From Candidatus Hydrogenedentes bacterium ADurb.Bin170 (lineage in GTDB: Bacteria; Hydrogenedentota; Hydrogenedentia; Hydrogenedentales; CAITNO01): a stretch of DNA of 64,000 nucleotides. The stretch spans positions 11,820-75,819 of the forward strand of contig MWCY01000002.1 of the NCBI GenBank assembly GCA_002070275.1, in the 5' to 3' direction. The notes below the pieces were generated by a model. The model did no database searches, had not been told where the DNA came from, and saw only the letters and a list, made by a program, of their open reading frames with translations. The position numbers and the translations under genes are program-made. Position 1 is the stretch's first letter. Each line of letters begins with the position of its first letter. This document shows, in pieces, positions 19,196-27,717 of the stretch.

Positions 19196-20698
19196 ATGAC
19201 AGTATCTGCCCGTCGACAGCCTGCCTCCGACAACGATCCGGATTTTCGCCGCCTTGTTCGCGGTGCATTTCTGTCAGCGATCAGCATTCTGATTTCCATG
19301 GCGGCTTTGCTGATTACAGGCAAACTGTTCACCAATGCCCTCGATCAGGAACAGGTGGGCATCTTCGCACTGCTGCTGGTCTGTTCGGATTTCATCATTT
19401 ATGCCGCCGGGCTGGGCTTTGCCGCATCCATGCCCAAACTGATAGCGGCAGCCGGACAGGAAGACCGGAAAAAGATCATTGCCTCCGCACTTGCCGGTCA
19501 ACTGATGCTGCTTTGTGCTGTCAGTGCAGCGGTGTTGCTCCTTCAGGCAGGAATCACGCATCCTGAACGCATATCCACGCATCGGGGGTGGCTGGCTGTT
19601 CACGGCGGGCTGCATCTGCTGCCGCTGCTGTTTGTGACAGGCTGCCTGCGCGATCTGATCCTCGCCATGCTTGCCGGACTCAACCGCTATGGCTGGAGAG
19701 CAGGAGGCATCACGCTGGCTTCCCTGACACAGGTGGCGGCTGTATGGGTATTCATATGGCAGGGAGGCGGCGGGCTCACAGCTCTGGTGATCGCACTGGC
19801 AGCCTCTTATGCATTGGCGCTGGCGCTTCTCTGGATCGGACTGGGATCTGCCGCCGTGCCCCGTTTCTCACAGCGCCATTACAGAGAAGCCGTCTTGTTC
19901 AGTGCTCCCTTGTATCTGAATCAGGTCATGAATTTCTTCCACCAGCGCTTCGATACGGTTCTTGTTTCTCTTCTGGCAGGCGTAGGCTATGGTGCTGTTT
20001 ATGAAATGCTGAAACGCATCCCTCTTATTGTAAACCGCACCCTGAATGCGCTGCTAGTGCCCTATCTCCCCCACATCTCCCGGCTGATTGCCCGGGAAGA
20101 CCGCACGCAGGCAGCAAAGGTACTCAATGAAGCGGCAGCGCTTTCCGCCTTCATCGGCTATGGTGCGGCACTTTTCTTTACTGCACTGCAGACAACGCTA
20201 ATCCCCTTTCTGTTTAATAAGGAATATCTTACCGGCAGCACAACACTCTTTCTGCTGCTGCTTGCCGCCAGTCTGGCACTTCAATCCGGCGTGATGGCGC
20301 AAATGCTTATCGCCCTGGGACGCAATCTTTCCGTTCCGATCGTAAACATGAGTACAATGGCACTCTGCCTTTTTCTGGATCTGCTGCTGATCCCCCGGTG
20401 GGGTCTGGCGGGAGCGGCGGGTGCTGCCGCTTTTTCTTCCGGCTGCAGTTATGCGCTGATGGTCTTTTGGGCACGGTACAATGGCATCCGCATCTCCCTG
20501 CGCAGCTGTGCACTGCCTCTGCTCTTGCTTTCCATCAGCGCTTTGTCGTTATATTATGAGATGCAGAACGCACTGTTCCGGCTGCTGCCGCCTGTACTTT
20601 TTACCGTGCTGTGTCTGATGACCGGTGTTACATCTCCCGGTCGCCTCCACGCCATTACAAAGGCACTGCTTCCGGGCAGCTTCTCTGCATCAGACTGA
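19196..20698 (+). CDS. Polysaccharide/oligosaccharide flippase, Wzx-like (MOP superfamily)
   Basis: Approximately 12-14 predicted TM helices, basic N-terminus, overall pattern of RfbX/Wzx polysaccharide biosynthesis proteins. The listed ORF start 19178 is a TTG. The first ATG is at 19196. Confidence 0.55.
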   Translation: MTVSARRQPASDNDPDFRRLVRGAFLSAISILISMAALLITGKLFTNALDQEQVGIFALLLVCSDFIIYAAGLGFAASMPKLIAAAGQEDRKKIIASALAGQLMLLCAVSAAVLLLQAGITHPERISTHRGWLAVHGGLHLLPLLFVTGCLRDLILAMLAGLNRYGWRAGGITLASLTQVAAVWVFIWQGGGGLTALVIALAASYALALALLWIGLGSAAVPRFSQRHYREAVLFSAPLYLNQVMNFFHQRFDTVLVSLLAGVGYGAVYEMLKRIPLIVNRTLNALLVPYLPHISRLIAREDRTQAAKVLNEAAALSAFIGYGAALFFTALQTTLIPFLFNKEYLTGSTTLFLLLLAASLALQSGVMAQMLIALGRNLSVPIVNMSTMALCLFLDLLLIPRWGLAGAAGAAAFSSGCSYALMVFWARYNGIRISLRSCALPLLLLSISALSLYYEMQNALFRLLPPVLFTVLCLMTGVTSPGRLHAITKALLPGSFSASD

Positions 20699-20737
20699 TA
20701 CCCTTTATCTACTGTCAGGAAAAGAGGAGTAGCCGGT

Positions 20738-21814
20738 ATGACACAATCACCCTGTCGCATCATTAACGCCACGGCACCCATCCGCATCTGTGATCTGGGC
20801 GGATGGACAGACACGTGGTTTTCAGGGCACGGAAGTATCCTGAACATAGGCGTCTATCCCTATGCGGAAGCCCAGCTCTTTGTCCGTCCCGGAGACCGGC
20901 CGGGCAAACGGGAAGTAATGATTCATGCCGAGAATTTCGGCGAGCGCTATGCCTTGCCCACGCCAATCGAATACGACAAGCATCCTCTTCTGGAGGCATG
21001 TCTGGATATCATGGAACTTCCCGACAACCTGGATTTTGAGGTCAATCTCTTTTCCATCGCTCCGCCGGGCTGTTCCACAGGCACTTCCGCCGCCATCAGC
21101 GTCGCTTTGCTGGGTGCGCTGGATCTGCTTACACCGGGACGCATGACACCGCATGAAATCGCTTTGCTTGCCCAGCGTGTGGAAACAGAAAAACTCGGAC
21201 TCCAGTGCGGTATACAGGATCAGCTCTGTTCCGCCTATGGCGGCATCTGCTACATTGACATGTACGAATACCCCAACGCCTCTGTATCCCAGTTGTGGGT
21301 ACCCAACCGGATCTGGTGGGAGCTGGAAAGGCGGCTGGTACTTGTTTATCTGGGCAGATCCCATTCGTCAAGTGAAGTGCACGGGAAAGTCATTGCAGGT
21401 TTTGAAGCGGCGAACTCCGATAAAAGCGCTCTGGAACCGCTTCGGCGTGCGGCAACAGCAGCAAAAGATGCGCTGTATCAGGGCGATTTTCTTGCATTCG
21501 GCAAGGCGATGAAGGACAACACGGAAGCACAGCGCAACCTGCATCCAGCTCTGATCTCGGCTGAAGCCGAAGCGGTTATCGATCTTGCCCGGAAGCATGG
21601 AGCACTGGGCTGGAAGATCAACGGTGCAGGCGGTCAGGGCGGCTCAGTCACTATTTTGTGCGGCCCGGAAAACACAGGCAAGCGGAATTTTATTAAAGAA
21701 CTTTCATCAATCAATCCTGCCTTTGAAGCACTTCCTATTTATCTGTCACGTTTCGGACTTCGCCAATGGAAAAGCCCCATGCAGGATCAGTCTTCTTTTT
21801 CAGGATCATCATGA
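20738..21814 (+). CDS. GHMP family sugar kinase (fucokinase/HddA-like)
   Basis: N-terminal ..APIRICDLGGWTDTWF.. (GGWSDTP-type motif of fucokinase/heptose kinase subfamily). GHMP motif II PPGCSTGTSAAISVALLGAL. AGAGGAG SD upstream. Confidence 0.65.
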   Translation: MTQSPCRIINATAPIRICDLGGWTDTWFSGHGSILNIGVYPYAEAQLFVRPGDRPGKREVMIHAENFGERYALPTPIEYDKHPLLEACLDIMELPDNLDFEVNLFSIAPPGCSTGTSAAISVALLGALDLLTPGRMTPHEIALLAQRVETEKLGLQCGIQDQLCSAYGGICYIDMYEYPNASVSQLWVPNRIWWELERRLVLVYLGRSHSSSEVHGKVIAGFEAANSDKSALEPLRRAATAAKDALYQGDFLAFGKAMKDNTEAQRNLHPALISAEAEAVIDLARKHGALGWKINGAGGQGGSVTILCGPENTGKRNFIKELSSINPAFEALPIYLSRFGLRQWKSPMQDQSSFSGSS

Positions 21815-22470
21815 TTCCCATACACTTTATTTCCATTGCAACGCCTGTTCCCTACGATGCCATGCTGCAGCGGCAGGAGCAGATGCGTGATTCCGTACAT
21901 GCAGGCGACGACGACGCATCCGTTTTTCTGCTGGAGCATGAGCCGGTAATTACCTTGGGCAGGCGTGCTCAGGCGGAACACGTCCGCGCCACCCCGGAAC
22001 AGCTTCACGCATTGGGAATTATCGTGCACAAGAGCGACCGTGGCGGCGACGTCACCTACCACGGTCCGGGTCAGCTGGTCGTGTACCCTGTTCTCGACCT
22101 GAAACGATGGCATCTTTCTGTTGACTGGTACCTGCGAAGTCTGGAAGAGGTGGTGATTCGATTTCTTTCCTGTTACGGATTGCAGGGCAGGCGCATTGAC
22201 GGACTCACGGGCATCTGGATCGGCGAGCAGAAAGTGGCTGCTATCGGCATCAGCATCCGTCACTGGATCTGCTGGCACGGGATTGCGCTGAATGTTGCGC
22301 CGAAGGAAGAGCACTGGCAAACCATAATTCCATGCGGTATACGGGATCGGGGTATTACCAGCCTTCGCGCCCACCTTGCACAGGTACCGCCCATGCAGGA
22401 AGTCAAAAACACCATGATCACCTGTTTTAAAGAAGTTTTTCCATGTGCGGCACGAATCAGTCAGGAATAA
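21811..22470 (+). CDS. lipB: Lipoyl(octanoyl) transferase
   Basis: LLEHEPVITLGRRA..HKSDRGGDVTYHGPGQLVVYPVLDL..GLTGIWIGEQKVAAIGI..PCGI conserved LipB blocks. ATG 21811 overlaps the upstream stop (ATGA). Confidence 0.85.
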   Translation: MIPIHFISIATPVPYDAMLQRQEQMRDSVHAGDDDASVFLLEHEPVITLGRRAQAEHVRATPEQLHALGIIVHKSDRGGDVTYHGPGQLVVYPVLDLKRWHLSVDWYLRSLEEVVIRFLSCYGLQGRRIDGLTGIWIGEQKVAAIGISIRHWICWHGIALNVAPKEEHWQTIIPCGIRDRGITSLRAHLAQVPPMQEVKNTMITCFKEVFPCAARISQE

Positions 22471-22471
22471 C

Positions 22472-23773
22472 ATGAAAATCGGACCCCGATTGAGAAGCAG
22501 TATCATTTTTCTGGCGGCAGCCCTCCTGCTGGGCATCGCTTTCAGAACCGGAAGCACACATCTGGCTTTCAGCATTTACGCTTTTCTCCTGCTTCTCGCA
22601 ACTTCCTGGATGAGCACTGCGCTGTGGTTTCCGGGGCTGACCAGCGAACGGACGATCGACCGGCTTATGGTTCAGCAGGGGGAAAACATTCAGGTCACTG
22701 TCAAAGTGCTGAACAAGCGGGGGCTGCCCGTGCCGTGGCTTTTCGTGGAAGACCCCTGTTCGCTGCCTTTTCCGGTACGAGGCGAATCAAAGCGGCTCTG
22801 CATGCTGATGCCGGGACAATCCGTGACCCTGAGCTACACGCTTACATGCACCAGACGCGGATACCACCGCATCGGTCCGACCGTTTTCGAGTCGGGCGAC
22901 CTGTTCGGGCTCCATAAACGCTTTCGTACGGCGTCCAAACGGGACTATGTCACTGTGCTCCCGACCATTGCCTATATTGACACCTATGCTGTTTCTTCCA
23001 GACGTCCTCAGGGGCCGGTCCGCATTACGAACCGGATTTATGACGATCCGTCGCGTATTAACAACCTGCGGGAATACCAGCCGGGCGATCCGCTCAGCAA
23101 AATCCACTGGAAGGCAACGGCTAAAACAGGCGAACTGATCGTGAAGACTTTTGAAGCGACCAGTGTCACCGGCGGTACACTGGTGCTGGATCTGCATGAA
23201 GACAGCTATCTGGAAGAAACGCGGGAATCCCGCATGGAACTGGCAATCACCACCACCGCTTCTATTGCCTACCTCCTTCAAATGTCGGGCGAACAGACTG
23301 GTCTGCTCACCAACGGGCGGGATGCGGCAGAAGTCGCTCTTTACGAGGGCAAGACACTGGATGCACGAAGCCGCTTCGAGCTGGAGGAACTCCGCCGCCT
23401 GGAGATGGACAGCACGCGCATCAGTCCGCTTACCGTACAGACGCAACGCAGTCCGAATCAGGCCATAAAAATCGCAGAAAATCTGGCGCGCATTCTTCCC
23501 GGACAGGCGCTCGATCTTCCCGCACTGCTGACAGCGCAATGCACCGGACTCCCCCGTGATGCCACGCTCCTTCCCGTGACAGGACAGATCACAGACCGTC
23601 TGGCATTGACTCTGGGCATGCTGAAGCAGGCGGGCTTTCAGATCGCCGTCTTTCTGATCGATGCCGGAACTGCCCGGGAGGAAGCGGAAAAATTACTGGC
23701 ACAGCATTCCATTTACATGTTTCATATCGCAAGCGAGCGGGATCTGCACAATATCTCTCTGTCGAAAATCTGA
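22472..23773 (+). CDS. DUF58 domain protein (two N-terminal TM helices)
   Basis: Two N-terminal TM helices followed by the DUF58 core (..NNLREYQPGDPLSKIHWKATAKTGELIVKTFE..). AGGAA SD. Start 2 nt after lipB stop. Confidence 0.6.
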   Translation: MKIGPRLRSSIIFLAAALLLGIAFRTGSTHLAFSIYAFLLLLATSWMSTALWFPGLTSERTIDRLMVQQGENIQVTVKVLNKRGLPVPWLFVEDPCSLPFPVRGESKRLCMLMPGQSVTLSYTLTCTRRGYHRIGPTVFESGDLFGLHKRFRTASKRDYVTVLPTIAYIDTYAVSSRRPQGPVRITNRIYDDPSRINNLREYQPGDPLSKIHWKATAKTGELIVKTFEATSVTGGTLVLDLHEDSYLEETRESRMELAITTTASIAYLLQMSGEQTGLLTNGRDAAEVALYEGKTLDARSRFELEELRRLEMDSTRISPLTVQTQRSPNQAIKIAENLARILPGQALDLPALLTAQCTGLPRDATLLPVTGQITDRLALTLGMLKQAGFQIAVFLIDAGTAREEAEKLLAQHSIYMFHIASERDLHNISLSKI

Positions 23774-23800
23774 GAAAGGGGCAGCAACACCGCAGGTTGT

Positions 23801-26800
23801 CTATTGCAGGTGCGGCAGCACGACCTGACCTTCAGCCTGTGCCACCAGATCGTGATAGGCACCATAAAAAACGCTGTTCCCGTCTATCCACAGAGTAATA
23901 CGGCGCAGCTCTTCGGGTGAAAGTGCCACACCGTAATGCCCCGCTTCCAGGAGAGCCAGCAGAGGCGAAGCGTGGGCACCTACTTGACCCGGAATATTAT
24001 AGGATGTTTTATTGCGCTTCAGTCCGATCCCATTTCCACCGTGACGTACCCAGACGAAAGGCCGAAGCGACTCGAAGGCCTGAGACCATCCGTAGGCACC
24101 TCCCGCCTCCCTTCCGAATTTCGGCGCCTCTTTTTCCCGGGCATGGCAGTCAGCACAGTGCCTGTCCAGTACAGGCTGCACCAGACGGGAAAATTGGAGC
24201 GGCCAGGAACCGTCCGCTTCCGCTTTCAGTTTATCCGGTGCCCGTCGCAGGGCAAGAGGCAGCCGCTTGGGCACTGCCGGAGACTGTCGGACCGGCTCAT
24301 GGCAGCCGGCACAGGACAGATGTTCGCCCGGATGCAGATAGGTTGCGGAACTCATGGTCTGCACTGCCATACCCCGTTCATCCAGTGCCTGAAAATAGAA
24401 AGGTACCCCCGCCGGTGCCATGAAATGAGCGCTTCCGTCTTCCTCTACAGGCACGGTACCCAGCACGCCCCGCGCCACCGATTCATCACCGGCACCGATA
24501 TTCGGTTTTTCCGGAGCCGGCGTTGATTTCGGAAACATCTGTATGAGGCGGAGCTCTTTAATTCTGGTGTTTTCCGGCCACTCCCGGCGGGTCTCGTATA
24601 TATTCATCACTGAAATCACACCTGTCGGCGGCTCAGCCTGCGCAACTGTTTCATAATGTGTCTGCACGGGAATAATCGGCGGCCTCGGCCGTGCACGGAA
24701 AGGAATGGGAGTGGAACAGCCTATGCTGTCATCCCGGTACAGAATTTCCCGGTTGCCGAAGGAGTCGACAAGATATAAATCATGCTTGCTCTGGTCAGGA
24801 TCATACACAGCGAGATAAAAGTCTTCGCTCAGAGGCCAGGGCGTCCCGTACACCTGCCCGTCACCGCCGCCGCCCTGAGGACTTCGGGGTACCCCCGGCG
24901 CCGACTCCGCTTCCGGAAATTTAGCTTCCGGCGTTACACGTCTGATCTGTCCTGTGGATTGATCATCTTCAAGGTGAAGATCAATAGTAATGATGGAGCC
25001 GAAGAACTGGCCGTGATGCGTGGCGGCAGTTGCAGCGTATTTGTGCGAGCCGGGAATGGCACGAAGAGACATTTCCATCCACGGACGTGATTCCCGGACA
25101 GCCGGGTAATTGCCGTGGGGGCCGCGCGGGTCTCTGCCGTCCGGATAGACAAGCCACAGATGATGGGCAATGTCGCTGTCCCGATCCACGTAATCCCAGC
25201 GGGTATACACGACCATGCCGTTATTATCCACACTGGGCAGCCATTCATGGGTCTCGTGATAGCTGAAGGGCAGAATTTCTTTCAGGGCACTGTCCATCTG
25301 AAAAAGCGTATAGGTGGGGCACACGCGTCCGCAGCGCAGAAATCCGCCTCTCCGCTCAGAAGTAAACACAATGCGGCCGTCGGGAAGCCAGCAGGGATGC
25401 ATGTCATTCCAGGGCCCGTCAGTCAGCTGGGTCAGCCCTGTGCCGTCCGCATTCACACTGAATAAATGATAGGCCCTGCCTGGATCCCAGGGCTCTTTCC
25501 AGTAATTTGCCTGATCTTCTCTGTGGTACTTGTGGCGCTTGTCGCCGCGGCATTCCACATAGGCAAAAAGAATCCGGGTGCCGTCAAAAGAAAGATCCGG
25601 AGATAGGAAGGCACCGCCTCCCGCATCGGCTCCCTCCGTCAGCAGCCCTTCACCGTCATAATAAAGATCCGGTGCCGCCGTGCCACCGTGCAGCTTTTCA
25701 CCTGCCAGCCTTCCCGATTCAACAACGGAATCGGCAAGCAGATCTTTTGTGACAGGAGCATCGGTAAACGCATTTTCCAGAACAAATAGTCCGCCGCCGG
25801 GCCGGGCGGCTATGCCGTAGAACTGATCGCACATATGCTCATAAATAGCACGGTGTCTTTTCAGAAACAGGATGCGATCAAAATTCAGCAGCGGATTGGA
25901 AAAAGCAATCTCCCGGCGCAGTGCACACAGACGGTGAAAACAGAGCCGCTCCTCCTGCAGCCCGACAGCCCCCTGCCCTTCTTCAATCTTCGCAACAAGG
26001 GGCGCCAATTCGGAAAGAGCAGCTTCCATGCCGCTGTAATCTCTGTCCGGATAGCGTGCGGACAAATAGTCAAGAAGTGCCCGGGTGCGCCGCCAGACAA
26101 TGCCTGTCGGAGAGCGGTCCGTGTCATGAATCAGCGAATCAGGACGCAGCGCTTCCCGGGCAAGCCGCTCATTATTCCATTCCGGACGGGCAGCAATCTG
26201 CCGCCTCAGTTCTCTGTATTCGGCATCCCGAACCGCACTGAGCGGAAGCGTCTCTCTCGCACCGGGAAATTCCGCAATGATCACGACATTATCATCAAAC
26301 TGCGGAATATAGATCCGGTTCTCGTGCCACGCCGTCCCGATATCAGCAGGCGATTGAAGCGTATGCAGTGTGCGGACACTCTTCCGGTCTGCTGTAATGA
26401 TACAAATTTTGTTGCCGACAAAATCCGAGACGATAAAGTCACCGGAAGGGGTGACTTCTATGCCGTCCAGGTTGGTGAAATGTTCGGCAAGGCCGAAAGG
26501 CACCGGAGCATTCTGTCCGGCAGGATCCACCTCATAGATTTCATGAAGTGTCCAGGAAACGGCGTACAGTTTTTCCCCGTGAACAGTAACACCATTCACG
26601 CCCTCAATTTCTCCCACAAGGGCATGATTGCCCGCCCCACTGATATCCACCCGCCAGATGTGCCCCTTTTCGACATCAGACACATAAACAGCACCATCGC
26701 CCGCAGCCATGTCGTTCAGCCTGCCCGCCCCTGCCGGTGCATAACTTTTTCTGAAGGATCCGTCGGCGAGAGAATAAGCAACAACACGACGGTTGTCTGC

Positions 26801-27130
26801 TGCATAAAGAACTCCGTTGAGGATTGCCATGCCTTTGGGCTGATGCAACGGAAATGCCTCAGTGCTTTCCACCCATTTCAACTGATCAAGTTTTCCGTCA
26901 GGGCTGATTCGGGAAATGAAGCCGGCCCCCGTATCTGTCCAGTATCCTTCAGGTGCCGACGCAATATTCGATACATAGGCGAAGCCTGTTTCGGGATCTG
27001 CAACAACACATTCCGGTGTGGAAAATCCGTGAATAGCGTGCAAAGGCTGCAGTTCCTGTGCCGGAAGCCCGGCGGACAACAGAAGGAAACAAAGGGAAAA
27101 GGACAAAGACAGGAACGCTGAAGAACGCAT
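23801..27130 (-). CDS. Large secreted multi-domain protein: N-terminal NHL/SMP-30-like beta-propeller, central PD40-like repeats, C-terminal putative di-heme c-type cytochrome region
   Basis: Signal peptide MRSSAFLSLSFSLCFLLLSAGLPAQE (start 27130). PD40-like blocks (WLPDGRIVFTSERRG..; VYPDGRDPRG). Two CxxCH motifs near the C-terminus (LSCAGCHEP; DRHCADCHAREKE). Confidence 0.5.
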   Translation of the reverse strand: MRSSAFLSLSFSLCFLLLSAGLPAQELQPLHAIHGFSTPECVVADPETGFAYVSNIASAPEGYWTDTGAGFISRISPDGKLDQLKWVESTEAFPLHQPKGMAILNGVLYAADNRRVVAYSLADGSFRKSYAPAGAGRLNDMAAGDGAVYVSDVEKGHIWRVDISGAGNHALVGEIEGVNGVTVHGEKLYAVSWTLHEIYEVDPAGQNAPVPFGLAEHFTNLDGIEVTPSGDFIVSDFVGNKICIITADRKSVRTLHTLQSPADIGTAWHENRIYIPQFDDNVVIIAEFPGARETLPLSAVRDAEYRELRRQIAARPEWNNERLAREALRPDSLIHDTDRSPTGIVWRRTRALLDYLSARYPDRDYSGMEAALSELAPLVAKIEEGQGAVGLQEERLCFHRLCALRREIAFSNPLLNFDRILFLKRHRAIYEHMCDQFYGIAARPGGGLFVLENAFTDAPVTKDLLADSVVESGRLAGEKLHGGTAAPDLYYDGEGLLTEGADAGGGAFLSPDLSFDGTRILFAYVECRGDKRHKYHREDQANYWKEPWDPGRAYHLFSVNADGTGLTQLTDGPWNDMHPCWLPDGRIVFTSERRGGFLRCGRVCPTYTLFQMDSALKEILPFSYHETHEWLPSVDNNGMVVYTRWDYVDRDSDIAHHLWLVYPDGRDPRGPHGNYPAVRESRPWMEMSLRAIPGSHKYAATAATHHGQFFGSIITIDLHLEDDQSTGQIRRVTPEAKFPEAESAPGVPRSPQGGGGDGQVYGTPWPLSEDFYLAVYDPDQSKHDLYLVDSFGNREILYRDDSIGCSTPIPFRARPRPPIIPVQTHYETVAQAEPPTGVISVMNIYETRREWPENTRIKELRLIQMFPKSTPAPEKPNIGAGDESVARGVLGTVPVEEDGSAHFMAPAGVPFYFQALDERGMAVQTMSSATYLHPGEHLSCAGCHEPVRQSPAVPKRLPLALRRAPDKLKAEADGSWPLQFSRLVQPVLDRHCADCHAREKEAPKFGREAGGAYGWSQAFESLRPFVWVRHGGNGIGLKRNKTSYNIPGQVGAHASPLLALLEAGHYGVALSPEELRRITLWIDGNSVFYGAYHDLVAQAEGQVVLPHLQ

Positions 27131-27280
27131 GGCCGACTCTCCTGAACTTGAATATTTCCGGATCTGAAAAATGAAACGATCCGGTATTTTGGTGCTCATA
27201 TCACTGCTGTGGTATTGTGTAGCTTCTTCCTTTTTTTACGCTGCCATTTTAACAGGAACCTCACGCTGAAAGGAAAAAGC

Positions 27281-27697
27281 ATGTTAAAACAGTTTCAGTT
27301 TTTTGCGATTTTTCTCTGCCTGTCTCTTCTGGCAATTGCGCTGCTGTCGAGGCTTCCTGAAACAGCTGAGGAAAATCGGGAAGCACCCGCACAGGTGCTG
27401 CGGCATGTGGTTCTGTTTCAATTCAAGGACAGTGCCACGGCTGCACAGATCCGTGAAATTGAGACCGCTTTTTGTCGCCTGCCCTCCTCTACCGGACTGA
27501 TCCGTGATTTTGAATGGGGGACAAATGTCAGTCCCGAAGGGTTGGATCATGGTCACACACACTGCTTTATCCTGACTTTTAACAGTGAAGCGGACCGCGA
27601 CAGTTATCTGCCCCATCCCGATCACAAAGCTTTTGGTGAACTGCTCGGCCCCTGCCTTGAACAAGTGACCGTAGTGGATTACTGGACAAAACCCTGA
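27281..27697 (+). CDS. Dabb (stress-responsive dimeric alpha+beta barrel) domain protein with signal peptide
   Basis: Signal peptide MLKQFQFFAIFLCLSLLAIALLS. HVVLFQFKD..TAAQIREIETAF..DFEWGTNVSPEG..HTHCFILTFNSEADRDSYLPHPDHKAF is the Dabb pattern. AGGAAA SD before ATG 27281. Confidence 0.6.
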   Translation: MLKQFQFFAIFLCLSLLAIALLSRLPETAEENREAPAQVLRHVVLFQFKDSATAAQIREIETAFCRLPSSTGLIRDFEWGTNVSPEGLDHGHTHCFILTFNSEADRDSYLPHPDHKAFGELLGPCLEQVTVVDYWTKP

Positions 27698-27717
27698 CCT
27701 GAGGAAGGGACTCCGTC

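Noticed and set aside
25835-27121. 428-aa + strand ORF
   Set aside because: Antisense to the domain-rich 1100-aa minus-strand gene. High GC yields long spurious ORFs. It has no motifs and an Arg/Cys-rich odd composition.
23801-27130. Hydrazine synthase alpha subunit (HzsA) identity for the propeller-cytochrome protein
   Set aside because: Only the general architecture resembles HzsA. There are no hzsB/hzsC partners or anammox context, so I call it a generic propeller/di-heme protein.
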